A stretch of 38,497 bases of DNA, from IMG/VR virus record IMGVR_UViG_3300014533_000149. One strand, given 5' to 3'. The notes under the pieces are model-generated. The model was not told where the DNA came from. It saw only the letters and a program-made list of their open reading frames with translations, and did no database searches. The DNA comes from a virus (Duplodnaviria; Heunggongvirae; Uroviricota; Caudoviricetes). Shown piece by piece: positions 34,825 to 38,497 of this stretch. The first letter of the stretch is position 1; every line of letters starts with the position of its first letter. The translations under genes were made by a program, and so were the position numbers.

Positions 34825-35702
34825 GCAATGATATCGCAATCACATCACAACCAGGCGCAACTGTAGGTACTGCTGCGGCAATCTTCAGCCAGGAGGGCAT
34901 GAATCAACTGGTGCGTTTCGCGGAGTTGATGTCACAAAGCAAAGCGACTGTACCGAAACATCTTGAAGGCAAACCTGCCGATTGTCTGGCGGTGACCATG
35001 CAGGCGGCACAGTGGGGAATGAACCCTTTCGCCGTGGCGCAGAAAACGCATGTGGTAAACGGAACGTTAGGCTACGAAGCACAGTTGGTAAACGCGGTCG
35101 TATCCTCTTCCAGCCTGCTAGCGACACGCCTGAATTATCGCTGGAGCGGTGACTGGTCGAATGTTAACGGCAAAACAGATAAATCACCGAATCTGACGGT
35201 AACTGTGTCAGCAGTTCTTAAAGGAGAAGCAGAACCCCGTGAGCTTACCATCAGTATGGCGCAAGCCGGAGTGCGTAACTCTCCATTGTGGGAACAGGAT
35301 CCGCGCCAGCAGCTTGCCTATCTTTGCACGAAACGATGGGCTCGCCTGCACGCTCCTGATGTACTTCTCGGTGTTTACACCCCTGACGAATTACAGGAAA
35401 CGGCACCGCGCGTTGAGCGAGACATTACTCCGCAAACGACCACTGCTGCGGGAATGAACAGTCTGATCAACGCTAAACCAGCGAAAAAGCCTGATGAGCA
35501 AACGCGTAAAGCGGATAGCCGTGATCCAGAAGAAATGCTGATGGCCTTTACCAGCGCAGCGATGAATTACAGCACTGTCTCCGAACTGGATAAGGCTTAC
35601 AAATACATTGCACAAAAACTTTCAGATGATGACGAACTGCTGGCAAAAGCCACCGACGTTTACAGCGTTCGTCGGGAAGAATTAAACGAAACATCTATGT
35701 AA
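34821..35702 (+). CDS. bet: Bet/RecT-family single-strand annealing protein
   Basis: 293 aa; GMNPFAVAQKTHVVNG and ERDITP segments resemble lambda Bet as recalled. Confidence 0.65.
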   Translation: MSNDIAITSQPGATVGTAAAIFSQEGMNQLVRFAELMSQSKATVPKHLEGKPADCLAVTMQAAQWGMNPFAVAQKTHVVNGTLGYEAQLVNAVVSSSSLLATRLNYRWSGDWSNVNGKTDKSPNLTVTVSAVLKGEAEPRELTISMAQAGVRNSPLWEQDPRQQLAYLCTKRWARLHAPDVLLGVYTPDELQETAPRVERDITPQTTTAAGMNSLINAKPAKKPDEQTRKADSRDPEEMLMAFTSAAMNYSTVSELDKAYKYIAQKLSDDDELLAKATDVYSVRREELNETSM

Positions 35703-35751
35703 CCACCACCGCGGCGCCACGCGCGCCGCACTGCAACCAAGAGAGGTATTT

Positions 35752-36000
35752 ATGAAAGGTGCATTAGGTAAGAAGGAACTCCTGGCGGTGGTGCCACTGT
35801 CATGGAGCACTATCGACCGTATGGAGCGCGCAGGGGAATTTCCTAAACGCTGGTATATCACCGATAAACGCTGCGCATGGAACCGTGACGAAGTTGAGCG
35901 TTGGCTTGATGAACGTCAGGCAGCAAGCCCGGCAGAGTTCCAGGGTAAAAAGCCTCCTGTTCAGCAACGTGTATATCGTCCTGTGAGCAACGCTGCATGA
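35752..36000 (+). CDS. AlpA-family DNA-binding protein (candidate excisionase/regulator)
   Basis: 82 aa; LSWSTIDRMERAGEFPKRWYITDKRCAWNRDEVERWL fits the AlpA/MerR-like excisionase pattern; SD AGAGAGG; near the integrase. Confidence 0.6.
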   Translation: MKGALGKKELLAVVPLSWSTIDRMERAGEFPKRWYITDKRCAWNRDEVERWLDERQAASPAEFQGKKPPVQQRVYRPVSNAA

Positions 36001-36109
36001 GTGCGCTGCTAAGGCACTGGAGCAAATGGTCAGGATGGTACTTATTCCTGGCCTCTGTTTCAGCATGGCTTTATCTGCTGGCATTAATTTTCAGAGAGGG
36101 TTGGATTAA

Positions 36110-36409
36110 GTGAGAAAGTTAAGCCGACTTGAAAAATATCACATGAATAAGGTTTCAATGCGCAGTCCGTCAAAGATTGTCGCCGTTACTCCTGCGGCGA
36201 TAGAGATCGAAAAACGCGCGATTGAAAGAGAGAAAAAAGGGCAATTCCGCATTGCCGCTCACCTTTGGCTTCAGTGTATGGATGTTGCTTCTGGTGATGT
36301 TGAACGTGCAAGGATCGCGGTTCGCAGGGACCAATGTATCACAAAAGGTAACGGCCTTCGCCGTGGCGACTATAGCGGCATAGGATGTTGTGGGGTGGTT
36401 TATGACTAA
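36110..36409 (+). CDS. Hypothetical small protein
   Basis: 99 aa from GTG 36110 with SD AGAGGG; function unknown. Confidence 0.35.
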   Translation: MRKLSRLEKYHMNKVSMRSPSKIVAVTPAAIEIEKRAIEREKKGQFRIAAHLWLQCMDVASGDVERARIAVRRDQCITKGNGLRRGDYSGIGCCGVVYD

Positions 36410-37052
36410 GAAATACACACTAATCTATGCAGATCCACCCTGGGTATACCGGGACAAAGCCGCAGATGGTAATCGCGGTGCCGGTTTTAAATATCCAGTT
36501 ATGAGTGTGCTGGATATCTGCCGCCTTCCTGTGTGGGATTTGACCGCTGAAAACTGTCTGTTGGCCATGTGGTGGGTGCCAACACAACCACTCGAAGCAC
36601 TAAAAGTTGTTGAAGCCTGGGGATTTCGTCTGATGACGATGAAGGGCTTCACGTGGATAAAATGTGGTAGTCGACAACCAGATAAACTGGTTATGGGTAT
36701 GGGACACATGACTCGCGCCAATAGTGAAGATTGCCTGTTTGCGGTAAAGGGAAAACTACCTACGCGCATTAATGCAGGGATCGTTCAGTCATTTACCGCA
36801 CCGCGGCTTGAGCACTCAAGAAAACCAGATATCGTTCGTGAAAAACTTGTGCAATTGTTAGGCGATGTTTCTCGCATTGAACTGTTCGCCCGCCAGACGT
36901 CTCATGGCTTCGATGTTTGGGGTAATCAGTGCGAAGACCCGGCAGTGCAACTACACCCTGGATACGCGTTGGATATTGGCGGATTAACAAATGCATTCAG
37001 CAATGCTCAGGTGTCACCAATAGACAACCAGGGGCGGGAGCGTGCTGCATGA
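36402..37052 (+). CDS. DNA N6-adenine methyltransferase (phage Dam / MT-A70-like, DPPW motif)
   Basis: 216 aa from ATG 36402; N-terminal IYADPPW catalytic motif; no adjacent restriction endonuclease recognised. Confidence 0.7.
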   Translation: MTKKYTLIYADPPWVYRDKAADGNRGAGFKYPVMSVLDICRLPVWDLTAENCLLAMWWVPTQPLEALKVVEAWGFRLMTMKGFTWIKCGSRQPDKLVMGMGHMTRANSEDCLFAVKGKLPTRINAGIVQSFTAPRLEHSRKPDIVREKLVQLLGDVSRIELFARQTSHGFDVWGNQCEDPAVQLHPGYALDIGGLTNAFSNAQVSPIDNQGRERAA

Positions 37053-37243
37053 ACAGGGCATCACCAGCAGATTTAAGAAAATGCCTTGAAACTGCAAACA
37101 TGCTTGCACACAGCGGGATCAGGTTTGTTCCAATTCCCGCTGTCACTGATGCTGAATTTGCAACACTGTCAGCAATATTCGAAAACAAAATTGAATCACT
37201 GGCAGCAGAAGCAGAGATGGAAGAAAATCAGCAGAACTATTAA
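37049..37243 (+). CDS. Hypothetical small protein
   Basis: 64 aa; ATGA overlap with the methyltransferase stop; ends 3 bp from the integrase stop. Confidence 0.4.
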   Translation: MNRASPADLRKCLETANMLAHSGIRFVPIPAVTDAEFATLSAIFENKIESLAAEAEMEENQQNY

Positions 37244-37246
37244 ACG

Positions 37247-38497
37247 TTATTCCCCCGCCATCCACTTCTCAAACTTCGACGGGGAGAACGGAATCAGATC
37301 CGTATGCTCCCCGTTAATCCAGGAATCAATCATATCGGCCCACTGCTGCAACATGTAGGCGCGCTGTCTGGCGTATTCCGCTTTGTTATATACGGCGCGC
37401 ACACCTTTCTGCTCATGTGCCAGAGCCTTTTCAATCCAGTCTGAAGGATAACCAGCCTCATGCAACAACGTACTGGCTGTACGGCGCATATCATGTACGG
37501 TGAAGTCCTGAATATGCTCACCATCTTCATTTATTATTTTCACCGTTCTGTCGATCAGAGAGTTCAGCGCGGCATTAGATAATGGCTTCCGGAAGTTGTA
37601 ACGACCAGGAACCAGATATTCACTTCCACCAGCGCACATCTGCAACCCGACCAATATATCCTGTGCCTGTTTAGGCAGGTAAATAACATGCGCCCGGCTT
37701 CCCTTCATGCGGTCTGAAGGAATTGTCCATGTCCATTTTTTAAAATCTATTTCGTCCCACGTTGCATTGGTGAATTCGCCTTTACGAACCATGGTGATAA
37801 GCACCAGCTTTAAAGCCATTTTCATAGTGCCCATAGCACCAATGGCATCCAGCGTGCGGAAGAACAGGCCAATTTCTTCTGGTGTCAGTGTTCGCTCTCG
37901 TGGTTTAAATATGGCGATAGACGAAGGTTTAATGTCAGCCGCAGGATTAAACAAACCATGACCACGGTCATTGGCGTGACGGTATACGCTGCTGATGATC
38001 TCCCTGGCCTGCACTGCTGTTGCCCGACCACCGCGTTCGACAATCCGGTCACACAAATCACGAACCATCGATGTGGTAATTTCAGTCATCATTTTGTTGC
38101 CAAGAACCGGAAGTATGTCACGGTCGATCACCGCCTGCTTCATTGCGCGGGTACTGTCAGCCAGGATGACATGTTTCATATAACTGTCGGTATGTACCGC
38201 AAACGTCTCGGCACCACGAATCTTTTTGATACCGTCACGTTTAGCCGCAGCCGGTGACTGGCCTGCTTTAAGCAGCTTCTTTGCAGCAATCAGTTCTTCT
38301 CGCGCTTCTGCCAGGCTGATACCGTCACGCCCATACTGCCCGATTACCAGTGTTTCGCGGCGACCGTTGATACGGTAGTCATAGCGAAACGAGACCGTGC
38401 CTGACGTAAGCACAGCTACATACAGCCCGTCACGATCGGAGACCTTGTACAGTTTGTCCTGCGGCTTGAGGTTTTTTAATTTTGTATCGGTAAGCAC
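37247..38497 (-). CDS. int: Tyrosine integrase, P4-like; N-terminus cut by the window edge
   Basis: 416 aa; P4-type N-terminal arm pattern (LTDTKLKNLKPQDKLYKVSDRDGLYV) and C-terminal catalytic region with HxxR and a conserved Y; the first codon in the track is an artefact of the window end. Confidence 0.85.
   Translation of the reverse strand: MLTDTKLKNLKPQDKLYKVSDRDGLYVAVLTSGTVSFRYDYRINGRRETLVIGQYGRDGISLAEAREELIAAKKLLKAGQSPAAAKRDGIKKIRGAETFAVHTDSYMKHVILADSTRAMKQAVIDRDILPVLGNKMMTEITTSMVRDLCDRIVERGGRATAVQAREIISSVYRHANDRGHGLFNPAADIKPSSIAIFKPRERTLTPEEIGLFFRTLDAIGAMGTMKMALKLVLITMVRKGEFTNATWDEIDFKKWTWTIPSDRMKGSRAHVIYLPKQAQDILVGLQMCAGGSEYLVPGRYNFRKPLSNAALNSLIDRTVKIINEDGEHIQDFTVHDMRRTASTLLHEAGYPSDWIEKALAHEQKGVRAVYNKAEYARQRAYMLQQWADMIDSWINGEHTDLIPFSPSKFEKWMAGE

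Noticed and set aside
37247-38497. Integrase as complete with a Met start at 38497
   Set aside because: The first codon in the track is GTG at the very edge of the window; the true N-terminus is probably one or two codons outside it, so the gene is reported as partial.

Overview
The window is almost entirely one temperate podovirus-type prophage, running from the lysis cassette at the left edge to a P4-type integrase cut by the right edge; the attachment sites are not in the window. The organisation resembles epsilon15/phiV10-like phages with a T7-like virion module, but that assignment is inference from protein motifs and gene order, not a database hit. Left to right: Rz/embedded Rz1 spanins, GH19 endolysin and two holin-like genes (minus strand); an AT-rich tailspike with a T7-fibre-like N-terminus and an SGNH/GDSL esterase motif; an immunity-I-like region with a LexA box in front of a small antirepressor-like gene and a Bro-N antirepressor; a small island of membrane/secreted proteins; the late operon on the minus strand (terS, terL, portal, scaffold, capsid, tail tubular A/B, internal virion proteins); a tRNA-Arg(UCU) plus AT-rich membrane/coiled-coil gene inserted between terL and portal; nin/Ea-like early genes including one interrupted by a 64-nt N run; lambda O/P-like replication genes with iterons inside the O-like gene; a divergent cro-like / tandem-HTH repressor switch; and a plus-strand early operon (RecE-like exonuclease, Bet/RecT-like annealing protein, AlpA-like regulator, N6-adenine methyltransferase). 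The most interesting signals are regulatory. A 17-bp palindrome, consensus (A/T)TTACC-N5-GGTAAT, occurs at least 13 times, always intergenic, with three copies in the switch region. A near-consensus LexA box sits about 20 bp upstream of a small gene whose product is a standalone copy of the C-terminal domain of the Bro-N antirepressor, while the putative repressor has no visible autocleavage domain. A perfect 12-bp palindrome, GTGACATGTCAC, brackets both ends of the late operon. Start codons were refined by hand from the ORF track; all functional calls rest on recalled motifs and synteny and need confirmation by homology search.
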